Origin: Wolbachia endosymbiont of Tyrophagus putrescentiae
Lineage (GTDB): Bacteria > Pseudomonadota > Alphaproteobacteria > Rickettsiales > Anaplasmataceae
Direction: 5' to 3'
DNA: 64,000 nt
Assembly (NCBI GenBank): GCA_030441635.1
Contig: JAUEMM010000001.1
Span: forward strand, 119,467-183,466
Position numbers and translations under genes: made by a program
Notes under the pieces: generated by a model
Seen by the model: the letters and a program-made list of their open reading frames with translations, nothing else
What the model was told of the DNA's origin: nothing
Databases searched by the model: none
Shown: positions 8,791 through 19,116 of the stretch, piece by piece
Numbering within the stretch: position 1 is the first letter of the stretch
Layout: the number at the start of each line of letters is the position of its first letter

Positions 8791-9690
8791 TTATTCTATA
8801 AATTCCCCTATCTTGAAACCACGGATAAAATCTTCAATGTTGCATGGATTTCTGCCTTCTACTTGCACAATTTTAGGAAATAGAATTCCATCCTTAAATT
8901 TGATATTCATGCTATTATTTATTAACTGACCTTGCTCTGAGTCTAAAACTGCGCACATTTCAAAATCAGCATCGAGTATTCTTACGCGTTTATTTTCTGT
9001 CATGATAAATGCTTTGGGGTAGAAGGCTTTAACTTTTCTATAAGCCATTTCACAGGTGTCATTTGCATAAATCTTAAAATCCTTAATCTTATCAGCATAG
9101 CAAGCTTGGTCATCATTTTGCTCAACAGGAACCTGCTCTTCAATTTTATCCAGTACCTTTAATAGTAAGTCACCTCCTAATTTGGATAACTTATCATGTA
9201 ACGTCTTACAATTGTCATTTTTTTCTACTAAAAACTTTTCTTGCTGTAAAATAGGGCCTGAATCTAATCCTTCACTAACCTGCATTATACTTATACCAGT
9301 TTCCTGATCACCAGCTAAAATTGTATGTTGTATTGGAGCTGCACCACGCCACCTAGGCAGTAATGAAGGATGAATATTTATACATCCATACTTTGGAATA
9401 TCTAAAATTTCTTGTGGAAGTATCAACCCATACGCAGCAACAACTGCAACATCAGGCACAAAACTTCTAAACTTTTCTTGCTCCTCTGAGGATCTGAAAG
9501 AATTAGGAGTATGTATTTCTATATCATTAGCTTCAGCAAGAATATGCACTGGCGTTTTTGTTAGCTTTTTTCCTCGATTCGCAGGCTTAGGAGATTTTGT
9601 ATAAGCTGTAACTATTTCATGCTCTGAACTCAACAATAACTTCAATGGGATAACCGCAAACTCGGGCGACCCCATGAAAATTATTTTCAT
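8791..9690 (-). CDS. fmt: methionyl-tRNA formyltransferase
   Basis: 299 aa with [13 protein letters not shown] and [18 protein letters not shown] motifs. Confidence 0.92.
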   Translation of the reverse strand: MKIIFMGSPEFAVIPLKLLLSSEHEIVTAYTKSPKPANRGKKLTKTPVHILAEANDIEIHTPNSFRSSEEQEKFRSFVPDVAVVAAYGLILPQEILDIPKYGCINIHPSLLPRWRGAAPIQHTILAGDQETGISIMQVSEGLDSGPILQQEKFLVEKNDNCKTLHDKLSKLGGDLLLKVLDKIEEQVPVEQNDDQACYADKIKDFKIYANDTCEMAYRKVKAFYPKAFIMTENKRVRILDADFEMCAVLDSEQGQLINNSMNIKFKDGILFPKIVQVEGRNPCNIEDFIRGFKIGEFIE

Positions 9691-10046
9691 GCTACCAGTT
9701 TTTCACTGACAGTTTTAACTAGTTTAGCAAAATCATCTTTGTAATTCACAGCCATTTCAGCAAGAATTTTTCTATTTAAATTAATTCCAGCAAGCTTGAG
9801 ACCATGAATAAACTTACCATAAGTAACCCCATGTTCCCTTACTGCAGCGTTAATACGCACTATCCACAAGCTACGGAAATCACGTTTACGAGTTCTTCTA
9901 TCTCTATAAGCGTATTGAAGTGCTTTTTCAACTCGTTGTAATGCAATTCTGTAACAATTTTTCGCACGTCCCCTGTACCCTTTTGCTAACTTCAATATTT
10001 TTTTGTGACGTGCATGAGTAGTAACTCCACGTTTAACCCTAGCCAT
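9687..10046 (-). CDS. rplT: 50S ribosomal protein L20
   Basis: [27 protein letters not shown]... is the canonical L20 N-terminus. Confidence 0.95.
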   Translation of the reverse strand: MARVKRGVTTHARHKKILKLAKGYRGRAKNCYRIALQRVEKALQYAYRDRRTRKRDFRSLWIVRINAAVREHGVTYGKFIHGLKLAGINLNRKILAEMAVNYKDDFAKLVKTVSEKLVA

Positions 10047-10065
10047 CCTATTTTACCTCCATTTT

Positions 10066-10272
10066 TTAAAGACCATAAGGTATATAAAGTTTCACTATAC
10101 GTGAATCAGACTTACCAAGAATCGCTGTACCACGTTGATTACGAATATTAGACTTACTTCTTTTAATCATTCCATGTCTTTTCCCAGACTGGGTAGCAAT
10201 AACCTTACCGGTCGCAGTAAGCTTAAAGCGTTTTTTGACAGAAGATTTAGTTTTCAATTTTATTTTTTTCAT
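10066..10272 (-). CDS. rpmI: 50S ribosomal protein L35
   Basis: 68 aa, basic, with the [18 protein letters not shown] pattern. It sits directly upstream of rplT. Confidence 0.93.
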   Translation of the reverse strand: MKKIKLKTKSSVKKRFKLTATGKVIATQSGKRHGMIKRSKSNIRNQRGTAILGKSDSRIVKLYIPYGL

Positions 10273-10341
10273 ATCTTAAGCACGCAACTAACTAGTAGTA
10301 TAAGTAGTTTTATTAAATAATCAAATTAAAAATTACATGCT

Positions 10342-10785
10342 TTAAAGAAGCTTAAAAGTAATTACACCAAGTATATGACTAATGCCATTTTTATCACCTA
10401 ACGGTAATAATACCTGTCTTATTTTAATGCTTTCACTCTCTTCTTGCTCAGTAATTGGACATCCATTTTCTACTACTGTATCAAATTTTTCAAGTACCGC
10501 ATCTATTTTATACAGCCGTAAAAACGGCGCATCAATTGTGTATCGATTATCAATGCGCATGTTCCTTTCAAAACCGTAAAACTCAGTTGCCTTTTCTCCC
10601 ACAGCTTCACAAATATAGCTTTGATTCCTGACTTGAATTATAAAGCAATGCTGCCACGACTCCATTATTTCTGAGGTATCTATCTCCTCTCTTCTTGGCC
10701 ATTCTCTATTTTGGCCTTTTATATCACTCCAATGTTGAGCAACTATATTCGCTATTCTTCTTTCTTTTCCTACATAAGTTTCCAT
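10342..10785 (-). CDS. PAS_5 (DUF1457)-like small protein
   Basis: HWSDIKGQNREWPRREEIDTSEIMESWQHCFIIQV fits the alphaproteobacterial PAS_5 N-terminal pattern. Start chosen at ATG 10785 (METYVG...); the ORF track extends to 10803. Confidence 0.5.
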   Translation of the reverse strand: METYVGKERRIANIVAQHWSDIKGQNREWPRREEIDTSEIMESWQHCFIIQVRNQSYICEAVGEKATEFYGFERNMRIDNRYTIDAPFLRLYKIDAVLEKFDTVVENGCPITEQEESESIKIRQVLLPLGDKNGISHILGVITFKLL

Positions 10786-10906
10786 GACTCTTCCACATAT
10801 CAATACAAAAATTTATAGCAAATATATTGATTTTTTCTTACCGTGATATGTATTGACTGACGTTATATCTATTTTTAAGTAATAGTTTACTATTTGTAAA
10901 AGCTTA

Positions 10907-13720
10907 TTATGATAATTTTAGTTTTTGGCTAGTTCTGATCATAATATGATCAAAAATTCCCAATACCCTCTTTAGCACGCTTGGAGTTAATGAAGATATA
11001 AAATCAACAAATACATTGCTATTTTTATCGTCCCCACTAGCCTTATAATCTATTGCAACTATTCCCCTACTTTTTCCACCCGTTAGAAGTTTTCCAATTA
11101 TGGGTATTTTAAAAATAAACTTATTAACGGAATATGCTGGTATTACTTGCCCTTTAACCTGAAATTTACGATCTTGAATACTCAATTTGCCACTGGTTGT
11201 AATACCCAATTCTGCCCCTTCAATCCAGGACTCTTCAATTTCAATAGTATTATCATTGTACGAAAAAGGTATATTACATTTATAAAAGTGTATACCTTCT
11301 TTGTTAAGAGCATTCACAATACCAGGAAGTGATGACATTGAGAGCAAAGTGGTCAATAATGGCGCATCTTTAACATAGAAATCGCTAATAGATATCATAC
11401 CGTAACGTTCCCCCTCTTCCCTTTCAGAAGATAGATAAAAAGACATTTTTCCATTTTTCACAGACTGATTAATGCCTAGAGAACGTAAAAATATCCCTGC
11501 ATTATCTGCATAAATTTCTAATCCTATTTCACTATATTTCGCCCGTATATTGCTGTTGTCCTGCGAAAACTTCCCTGTAAATCCGCTCCCATTACAATCG
11601 CCCTGAGTGCAGATTAAATTTAGCTCGGCATTATGTATAGTAATACCATTCTGCATAATGACATTATCAATGTCCATTTTCACCTCTATACTTTTTCCTG
11701 GACCACCATTACTTCCGGCAAGCCATTCTGGAATATTACTCAAGTTAATTTTTTCACCATAAATTATTACAACGCTCTTTTCCTTACTTGACTCAATTGT
11801 TATATTAAAATCATTATCGGGCAGATCAAAATTCGTAGAATCTAAACGTAAATTTCCATCTTCTACCCTTCCATTCAGCTTAATATTTAAATTATTTCCC
11901 GTCACATCTAATCTATTTATCAACAATTTGTTACTACCCTCAAGTGCTACAGAAAACTGGACCTTATTGTGATCTTCAAAATGATTGTTCCACCCTAAGT
12001 AGTTTGAACTTAAGCTTAACTCTGACAAATCTACATTTCCGTTTATAAATCCCGTATCATCTGGGTTGATTACTGATTTTACGTCTACACCTACATAGCC
12101 CACCATATTTCCAAAGATCTGGGCTGGTAAATCTCCATTGAACTCGCAGGTATAATGTTTATCATGCTCTTTAAAATTAAGCAGCAACTGCTTATTATTC
12201 ACTATACCACTGCCACTTAAATCAATAAAATCGCGGCCAAATTTAAGTTTGATATCATACTTATCAATATTTGCATCATAAGTGGTTAAATTATTAATTT
12301 TAACATTAAAATCAGCTAAAAAATCTGCTTTTTTATCATTAGTTAAATTAAAAACCTGGAAACTGAATTTAGACTCTGCAGTACCATTAATTTTATCTTT
12401 CTCAATCGTCAGAACTTTATCTAATTTGAATTTAACAGGTTCATATAGGCCATATGCATTACTTGTAGCTTGCCCATGAATAACCAACACTGCATCTTCT
12501 CTTTCAAGTGAGTTAATGTTAATATTGCCACCATTGATAGCAAAGTTTTGAAATTTAGCATTGTCTACAGTAATCTCAAGGTTCCCGTTCTTCAGCTTTA
12601 AATTGCCATTTAATTTTTCTACCGGCACAAAATCATCGTCGAATTTCACACTACCATTTTCTATATCAGCAGTAATTTTGACATTTGATAAATTGCTTTC
12701 ATTTACCTTACCACTAAAATCTATAACTGTGTTTACAATATCCCCATCAATGTTACTACAATACCAATCTTTAAACTTAGCAGCACTATCAGGCATGTAA
12801 GCACATACATCTTTTGCAGAGAATTTACTGATATTTACTCTAAGTAAAGCGTGATTCGTACCAAAATTCATTTTGCCAACTAAAGAGAGATACATATCTT
12901 TTAAATTAAAGTGAAAGTTTTTTACGCTGAGTAATTGATCGTGGTACACAAGTTTTATATTCACATCCCTTAATGTCGTTGAGTTTTTGTCTGCACTTAA
13001 TATATATATATCTCCATTCAAAACTTCGTTCTTTTTATTAATCTTTACTGAAAAATTACCGTTAAGATTTGCATCTTCACCTAACTTTAAGTTATAAAAC
13101 TCTCCATTTATAATCAATAAATCATTGCGGTTCTTCACTACTACGGACAGGTTATCTAATATTCTTTTGTCACTTTGTGTATGGATGTTAATATATAAAT
13201 TTCTTTTCTTAGTAATGTACAACTTATCGATGTAAAACTCATCTTCTATATTTTTGTGTATTATCACATTAGTGACCTCAATTTTTGCGTTCTCACTTAA
13301 ACTAAAAAACGAATCCCATACCATACCTAGTGAATCCCTTAAGTTAAAATCTACATCTTTAAGGTTAGTTTTCTTGTTAATGTACATAGATACATTATTG
13401 GTCAAGACTCTAGAAAAGTTTGTTCGAGCCCTAAATAAGGAACTGAACTCAAAATAGACAACAAGCTTGGGAATTTTGATGGTTACATTATGGTTCTCTA
13501 TTATCAAATCTTTGATCATTAAACACGGATCTTTACTCTCTTTTTTCCAGACAAACAAAGTATTGCGTATATTCACATGTGAACCGCTAGAAATTTTGTT
13601 CTTTATATAGAAATTGATGTAACTGACATTGATCTCTATGGAATCCTTGCTTTTTAAATACAGGAAAAAGCCGAATAAAATTACAAGTAAAAGTATGATA
13701 ATCTTTTTAAGCATTACCAA
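10907..13720 (-). CDS. large AsmA/YhdP-like envelope protein (N-terminal TM anchor)
   Basis: 937 aa. It has a single N-terminal hydrophobic helix and a long beta-rich body rich in N, K, S and I. The C-terminal part (GITTSGKLSIQDRKFQVKGQVIPAYSVNK...GIVAIDYKASG) resembles AsmA-like C-terminal regions. Confidence 0.5.
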   Translation of the reverse strand: MVMLKKIIILLLVILFGFFLYLKSKDSIEINVSYINFYIKNKISSGSHVNIRNTLFVWKKESKDPCLMIKDLIIENHNVTIKIPKLVVYFEFSSLFRARTNFSRVLTNNVSMYINKKTNLKDVDFNLRDSLGMVWDSFFSLSENAKIEVTNVIIHKNIEDEFYIDKLYITKKRNLYINIHTQSDKRILDNLSVVVKNRNDLLIINGEFYNLKLGEDANLNGNFSVKINKKNEVLNGDIYILSADKNSTTLRDVNIKLVYHDQLLSVKNFHFNLKDMYLSLVGKMNFGTNHALLRVNISKFSAKDVCAYMPDSAAKFKDWYCSNIDGDIVNTVIDFSGKVNESNLSNVKITADIENGSVKFDDDFVPVEKLNGNLKLKNGNLEITVDNAKFQNFAINGGNININSLEREDAVLVIHGQATSNAYGLYEPVKFKLDKVLTIEKDKINGTAESKFSFQVFNLTNDKKADFLADFNVKINNLTTYDANIDKYDIKLKFGRDFIDLSGSGIVNNKQLLLNFKEHDKHYTCEFNGDLPAQIFGNMVGYVGVDVKSVINPDDTGFINGNVDLSELSLSSNYLGWNNHFEDHNKVQFSVALEGSNKLLINRLDVTGNNLNIKLNGRVEDGNLRLDSTNFDLPDNDFNITIESSKEKSVVIIYGEKINLSNIPEWLAGSNGGPGKSIEVKMDIDNVIMQNGITIHNAELNLICTQGDCNGSGFTGKFSQDNSNIRAKYSEIGLEIYADNAGIFLRSLGINQSVKNGKMSFYLSSEREEGERYGMISISDFYVKDAPLLTTLLSMSSLPGIVNALNKEGIHFYKCNIPFSYNDNTIEIEESWIEGAELGITTSGKLSIQDRKFQVKGQVIPAYSVNKFIFKIPIIGKLLTGGKSRGIVAIDYKASGDDKNSNVFVDFISSLTPSVLKRVLGIFDHIMIRTSQKLKLS

Positions 13721-14192
13721 TTGCTTTTCTTGCTAAGGTATCAGCTTCCTCATTATATTTATTACCATTGTGAGCTTTAACCCACTCCCAATTAATACGA
13801 TGTTGTGAAGCTATGTTATCTAACTCTTTCCAAAGCTCCATATTTTTTACTGGTTTTTTATTACTTGTTTTCCATCCATTTGTTTTCCATTTATTTATCC
13901 ATTCTGTTATTCCTTTTTTGATGTAAAGACTATCTGTGTAAAGATTAACAGTACAAGAAGTTTTTAATGCTTTGAGGCCATTAATTACTGCCATCAATTC
14001 CATTTGATTATTTGTAGTGTTTTTTTCTCTACCGTAAATGTCCTTTCTTTGATCTCTATATAATATCACAGCCGCCCATCCTCCATCACCTGGATTACCT
14101 GAACATGCACCATCAGTATATATTGTCACTTCCTTTGTATTCACCTTTATTACATAATTAATAAAGTATATATTACTCTTATGAAACTTCAA
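13707..14192 (-). CDS. rnhA: ribonuclease HI
   Basis: IYTDGACSGNPGDGGWAAV...TNNQMELMA...TDSLY...WVKAHNGNKYNEEAD shows the RNase H1 catalytic motifs. The true start may lie downstream of the annotated ATG. Confidence 0.88.
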   Translation of the reverse strand: MKFHKSNIYFINYVIKVNTKEVTIYTDGACSGNPGDGGWAAVILYRDQRKDIYGREKNTTNNQMELMAVINGLKALKTSCTVNLYTDSLYIKKGITEWINKWKTNGWKTSNKKPVKNMELWKELDNIASQHRINWEWVKAHNGNKYNEEADTLARKAIGNA

Positions 14193-14269
14193 TGAAAGAA
14201 AATTTCTACAGTAAATATAGTGCAGAACACACAGCGAAAATATACATTACAATGAATAAAAAAATAGCC

Positions 14270-14893
14270 TTAATACTTGCCTCTTTCTGGGAAAATCAAC
14301 TGTGAGTTTAAATACTTAATAATTTCGTTGTATACCTGTGCTTCATCTTTTTTTTGAACCTCAGTGATAGTGTAGCATCGTTCAGGATTTGCTATAGCTA
14401 TTTCTTGAAAACCCCTTCTGACCTTATTATAAAAATCAACGTCCATTTTCTCGTATTTATTCTGGTTCTTTACTCTTTCTATTCCAATGTTAACATCTAC
14501 ATCTAGAATAAAAGTAATATCCGGATATTTTATTTCAAATAAATCATGTAATTTCTTAATTAACCCTAAGTCAACACCAGACCCGTATCCTTGATAAGCA
14601 ATGGTTGAGTCAATAAACCGATCACAAATTATAATCCTTCCATTTGCAAGAGCTGGCGATATAACTTTCTTTATATGCTCATATCTCATTGAAACAAGTA
14701 ACAGAAGTTCGGAAACGGGATCGATACTACTTACTAGTAGTACTTCCCTGATTTTTTCTGCAAAATCAGTACCACCAGGTTCTCGAGTCAAAACCACACT
14801 TTCTTTACCGTAGATTTCCTTAAAATAATCCGCAAGTAATCTAGATTGAGTTGTTTTGCCAGATCCGTCTATCCCTTCAAAAGTTATAAACAT
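14270..14893 (-). CDS. tmk: thymidylate kinase
   Basis: MFITFEGIDGSGKTTQ P-loop, DRFIDSTIAYQG. Confidence 0.9.
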   Translation of the reverse strand: MFITFEGIDGSGKTTQSRLLADYFKEIYGKESVVLTREPGGTDFAEKIREVLLVSSIDPVSELLLLVSMRYEHIKKVISPALANGRIIICDRFIDSTIAYQGYGSGVDLGLIKKLHDLFEIKYPDITFILDVDVNIGIERVKNQNKYEKMDVDFYNKVRRGFQEIAIANPERCYTITEVQKKDEAQVYNEIIKYLNSQLIFPERGKY

Positions 14894-14897
14894 AAAC

Positions 14898-15653
14898 CTA
14901 ACGTTTTTTCTTGTAGAGACTGCTCCAAACTCTCTTATTAGTCAACACAAAAAACACTGTTAAAAACATAAAGTATGTCATAACTTTCAGGCCTAACTTG
15001 TGACGATGCTCTAGCTCTGGTTCTGCAGCCCAATGCAGGAAGTTTACTACATCATATACCATATTTTCAACTGTAGCCTGCCTATTTCCACTATACTCCA
15101 CTAATCCTTCAGATAGTGGTGGTGCCATAGCTAATTTACCTGTTGCAAAATAAGGATTAATGTATAAGCCACTCTCGTCCTGTTCACTGCCTTGATAGCC
15201 CGTTAACAGCGAATAAACGTAATCAGCACCATCATGTCTCGCTTTAATGATCAGCGACAAATCTGGTGGTACTGCACCATTGTTAGAGGCTGCGGCTGCT
15301 TCTTTTGAGCCAAAAGGAGCTACGAAATAGTCTGAAGGTTTTCCAGATCTTTCAAACATTTCACCTAAATCATTAGGGCCATCTTTTATTTGGTAAGAAG
15401 CTGCAATTTGCTTAACCTCCTCTTCAGAAAAACCAACATCTTTTAAATTACGGAATGCTATTCTATTCATTGAGTGACAAGCAGCACAAACTTCTTTATA
15501 TACCTTGTAACCACGCTGAATAGATTCCCTATCGAAATACCCAGTGATACCTGAAAATTTCCAATCTATTTTTTTATTTGGTAACGGTTTAAATTCTTCA
15601 GCAAACGCAAAGTTAGCAAAAAATAACATACCAAGTATAAGTCTTACTAACAT
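14898..15653 (-). CDS. petC: cytochrome c1 (bc1 complex)
   Basis: Signal peptide, heme motif CAACHS, PPDLS motif and C-terminal TM anchor. It immediately follows cytochrome b. Confidence 0.88.
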   Translation of the reverse strand: MLVRLILGMLFFANFAFAEEFKPLPNKKIDWKFSGITGYFDRESIQRGYKVYKEVCAACHSMNRIAFRNLKDVGFSEEEVKQIAASYQIKDGPNDLGEMFERSGKPSDYFVAPFGSKEAAAASNNGAVPPDLSLIIKARHDGADYVYSLLTGYQGSEQDESGLYINPYFATGKLAMAPPLSEGLVEYSGNRQATVENMVYDVVNFLHWAAEPELEHRHKLGLKVMTYFMFLTVFFVLTNKRVWSSLYKKKR

Positions 15654-16885
15654 TACTTCATCTCCGACACAGTATCACTTAAGGTTTTTGGTAACATTTT
15701 TGGTTTTTCATACTTGCTAAGCAATGGTAGGATAATTGCAAAATACGTAAAATAATAGAGAGTAGAGAACCTGCTGAGCGTAATATAAGGTTCCTTTACT
15801 TCTTGTCCTCCAAGCCAACCAAGGAGAAAAAAGTTGACTGCAAAAATCCAGAAAAATACTTTAAATACCGGACGATAGGCACCACTCCTCACTTTTGATT
15901 TATCAAGCCATGGCAGTAAAAACCAAACAAAAATAGAAGCAAACATGGTTACTACTCCTATTAACTTATTTGGAATCGAACGGAGCATTGCATAAAAAGG
16001 CAGAAAGTACCACTCTGGCACTATGTGCATTGGAGTTGTCATAGGATCAGCCTCTATGTAATTATCAGAGTGCCCAAGGTAATTAGGAGCATAAAAAACA
16101 AAAGCAAACAAAACTATAAGGAACAAGCCAAAAGTTATGCAATCTTTAACAATATAGTAAGGGTAGAGAGGAATGGTATCCTTGCTCGATTTTATTTCTA
16201 CTCCACTTGGATTGCCAGAGCCAAATCTATGCAGGGCAATAACATGTAGCATTGCTAGAGCAATTATAATAAATGGCAATAAATAATGCAGTGCAAAAAA
16301 GCGATTAAGCGTAGGGTTCTCAACAGAAAATCCGCCCCATAACCATATAACTATTTTGTTACCTACAATTGGTATTGCTGAGAAAAGCTGGGTTATAACT
16401 GTTGCTCCCCAAAAACTCATTTGCCCCCAAGGAAGAACATATCCCATAAAGGCAGTAGCCATCATTGCAAAAAATATGAATATACCGACAAACCACACCA
16501 TCTCCCTTGGTTTTTTATAAGATCCATAATAGAGACCTCGCATTATGTGAGCATACACTACTATGAAAAAAAGCGATGCTCCTACAGCATGAGTATAACG
16601 TATCAACCACCCATAACTTACGTCGCGCATTATACGTTCTACGCTATTAAAAGCGTGGTCAACATGTGGAGTATAGTGCATAGCAAGAACTATACCCGTG
16701 ATTATCTGTAAAATCAGTGCTATACCAGCCAAAGAGCCAAAATTCCAGGCGTAATTTAAGTTTTTTGGTACTTGATAAGAAGCAATATGTTTTAGAAAAG
16801 AAAATATAGGCAGCCTGTACTCTATCCATCCAAGTATGCCATTCTTTTCTTCTGCATTTTTTATTTTATCATCGTCATCTTGCAT
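15653..16885 (-). CDS. petB: cytochrome b (bc1 complex)
   Basis: Conserved [28 protein letters not shown]. Start set at ATG 16885 (MQDDDDK...) because the upstream 50 codons of the ORF look non-coding. Confidence 0.9.
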   Translation of the reverse strand: MQDDDDKIKNAEEKNGILGWIEYRLPIFSFLKHIASYQVPKNLNYAWNFGSLAGIALILQIITGIVLAMHYTPHVDHAFNSVERIMRDVSYGWLIRYTHAVGASLFFIVVYAHIMRGLYYGSYKKPREMVWFVGIFIFFAMMATAFMGYVLPWGQMSFWGATVITQLFSAIPIVGNKIVIWLWGGFSVENPTLNRFFALHYLLPFIIIALAMLHVIALHRFGSGNPSGVEIKSSKDTIPLYPYYIVKDCITFGLFLIVLFAFVFYAPNYLGHSDNYIEADPMTTPMHIVPEWYFLPFYAMLRSIPNKLIGVVTMFASIFVWFLLPWLDKSKVRSGAYRPVFKVFFWIFAVNFFLLGWLGGQEVKEPYITLSRFSTLYYFTYFAIILPLLSKYEKPKMLPKTLSDTVSEMK

Positions 16886-17126
16886 CTTGATTTTATTTCC
16901 TAACTCTAGATTATTGTAATGCTTTATCTTTTCTACACAATAAAAACTTTGTAGATAGCAATACCCCCAACTATGAATGGAGTAAAACTTAGGGCTTTTT
17001 CGGTTACGAAATGGAAGTAGAGAAAATATGCACAAAGAATTTATTGGGGCAAGCTAAAGTGGTGCTAGATACCACACAACTGGTAGCCTCCTACAGCATT
17101 ATTTATGCTGTAAATACTACTATAAG

Positions 17127-17198
17127 AGGCCGGGACCGGAATTGAACCGGTATAAAAGGATTTGCAGTCCTCCGCATAAACCACTCTGCCACCCAGCC
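17127..17198 (-). tRNA. tRNA-Cys (anticodon GCA)
   Basis: Reverse complement ggctgggtggcagagtggtttatgcggaggactGCAaatcctttt...ccggttcaattccggtcccggcct folds as a cloverleaf. CCA is not encoded. Confidence 0.85.
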
Positions 17199-17202
17199 AT
17201 TT

Positions 17203-18111
17203 TTATTGTGCGTAAATGCCTACTATGCTTTCTAGCATAGATAGTGCCTCTTCTTTTTTGCGCTGAAAAGTATTGCGTCCAATTATTGATCCATTTCCAC
17301 CGCCTTGTTTAATCTCTTTTGCTTCATTAAGTATATCATCTATTGATTTTGACTCACCACCAGAAAAGACTACCACTCTTCTGCCTGCAAAACAAGCTTT
17401 CTTAATATAGGCAATCCTTTGCGATAAAGAATCTATGTTATTGATCTTCTCCTTCTCTAGATGTTGAGTAGGAAGCTTTACCTTTATTATGTGAGCACCT
17501 AGTAAGGCTGCCATGTGCGCAGCATAAGCAATAATATCCATAGCGGTTTCTCCTTCTTTGGAGATTCCTTCACCACGTGGGTAAGACCACAGCACTGCGG
17601 CAAGCCCATAAGACTTTGCTTCTGCGATAATTTCACGTGCTTCTTCTATCATATCAAAACATTTTGCAGATCCAGGGTATATGGTAAACCCTACAGCAAC
17701 ACATCCTAAACGTAAGGCATCCTTTACAGAAGCGGTGATTGCTTGATCGGACGTTAAATTTTTGGAGTGTAGAGAGTTAGAGCTATTAAGTTTCAAAATA
17801 AGTGGCAGCATACCCGCATAAGTTGAAGCACCAGCTTCAATCATACCAAGTGGCGCTGCATAAGCACTCACTCCAGCATCAACTGCGAGCTGAAAGTGAT
17901 AACATGGATCATAAGCATCAGGATTAACTTCAAAGCTTTTTATTGGCCCATGTTCAAATCCTTGATCAACAGGAAGAATCACCAGCCTGCCAGTATTACC
18001 AAGCTTTCCATGCATTAAAATCCGAGTAAGATTTGCCCGCGTTCCTGGATTATCACTTTCGTAGTAGCTTAAAATTTTTTTTACTCTATCACTTATTAGC
18101 ACTGTATACAC
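17203..18111 (-). CDS. fbaB: class I fructose-bisphosphate aldolase (DhnA/FbaB type)
   Basis: 302 aa. ILPVDQGFEHGP, the Schiff-base lysine context HIIKVKLP and the C-terminal GRNTFQ fit the DeoC/FbaB-family aldolase pattern. Confidence 0.75.
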   Translation of the reverse strand: MYTVLISDRVKKILSYYESDNPGTRANLTRILMHGKLGNTGRLVILPVDQGFEHGPIKSFEVNPDAYDPCYHFQLAVDAGVSAYAAPLGMIEAGASTYAGMLPLILKLNSSNSLHSKNLTSDQAITASVKDALRLGCVAVGFTIYPGSAKCFDMIEEAREIIAEAKSYGLAAVLWSYPRGEGISKEGETAMDIIAYAAHMAALLGAHIIKVKLPTQHLEKEKINNIDSLSQRIAYIKKACFAGRRVVVFSGGESKSIDDILNEAKEIKQGGGNGSIIGRNTFQRKKEEALSMLESIVGIYAQ

Positions 18112-18254
18112 AAAGATTTAAAACAGCTTAATTCTAGCAAAAACTGTTGCTAAAGGAAAGGGTTTTAATATTTTTATTTTGTTATTCAAATAAGATTTTA
18201 TTAATCTTTCAATTAAAACACTAAGTAATCAACTAATATATTTAAAAGCAAAGC

Positions 18255-18995
18255 ATGAGCTTAGATAACAAAACCTTAAACCAAAAACTAATTGATTCGT
18301 GTGAAAAGGGTAATCTAGAAGCAGTAAGAAATGCGATAAAAGAAGGTGCGGATATTAATCATTATGATAAGTATGGATTGACACCTTTATATTACTCAGT
18401 TTTTTTCAAACATTATGAAATAGTAGAGTTTTTATTAAAAAGTGGAGCAAATATTTATGCTCCTAGTGGAATATCAGGTTATAATACTTTACACTTAGCT
18501 GCTCAAGAAGGTAGCAAACGGATGTTAATACTCCTACTAGTAGAATCAATTTTTCATGGGAAAGATGGTATTAATAACAGAGTGAACAACAATGGAGAAA
18601 CTGCACTGGAAATAGCTTTAGAATGCAAAAAATTTGAGCATGCTAGGCTTCTTGCACTTTATGGAGCAGACAAGAGTGGCGTTAATCGTAATAGTAGTAT
18701 TTTTAATATTATACCTGATAAAATAATTGAAAATATAAAAGAGCTTGCAGTAAGAAAGCAGCGATTTGAAGAAAACACAAAAGTGTTGCCTAAAGATTAC
18801 GAAAGAGTAACATCACGTGCAAACATTGTTGTTGAAAAAGCAATACAAGAGGCTTTATCAAAAGGTGCTGCAACTTGTAGTCCTAAAACTTTAGTAGAGC
18901 TATCGGTTGATGCATTATCTGTAACGAAAAAAAGAAAAAGTGAAGATTTAAGTTGTGAACCGTCTATAAAACGAAGTAAACAAGCTGGTTTTTAA
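18255..18995 (+). CDS. ankyrin-repeat protein with basic bipartite C-terminal tail
   Basis: ANK motifs (GADINHYDKYGLTPLYYSV, GANIYAPS..GYNTLHLAAQEG, NNNGETALEIAL). The tail is KKRKSEDLSCEPSIKRSK. Confidence 0.85.
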   Translation: MSLDNKTLNQKLIDSCEKGNLEAVRNAIKEGADINHYDKYGLTPLYYSVFFKHYEIVEFLLKSGANIYAPSGISGYNTLHLAAQEGSKRMLILLLVESIFHGKDGINNRVNNNGETALEIALECKKFEHARLLALYGADKSGVNRNSSIFNIIPDKIIENIKELAVRKQRFEENTKVLPKDYERVTSRANIVVEKAIQEALSKGAATCSPKTLVELSVDALSVTKKRKSEDLSCEPSIKRSKQAGF

Positions 18996-19116
18996 TGCCC
19001 TATGTAGGTTATTATAACTAGATCAACTACCGTTACCACTGCATTGCACCTAGAGTGTTATAAACTACTTCAATTTGATGAGGAACGCAAGCGAATATCA
19101 GAAATCTAATGAAAAA

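Noticed and set aside
16886-17035. 50-codon N-terminal extension of cytochrome b in the ORF track
   Set aside because: The extension ([18 protein letters not shown]...) lacks similarity to cytochrome b N-termini. The conserved protein begins after ATG 16885, so the extra codons are treated as non-coding leader.
15653-17126. Absence of the Rieske subunit gene (petA) upstream of petB-petC
   Set aside because: Only ~240 bp separate petB from tRNA-Cys, so petA must lie elsewhere. Scattered respiratory operons are common in reduced Rickettsiales genomes, and this cannot be evaluated from one window.
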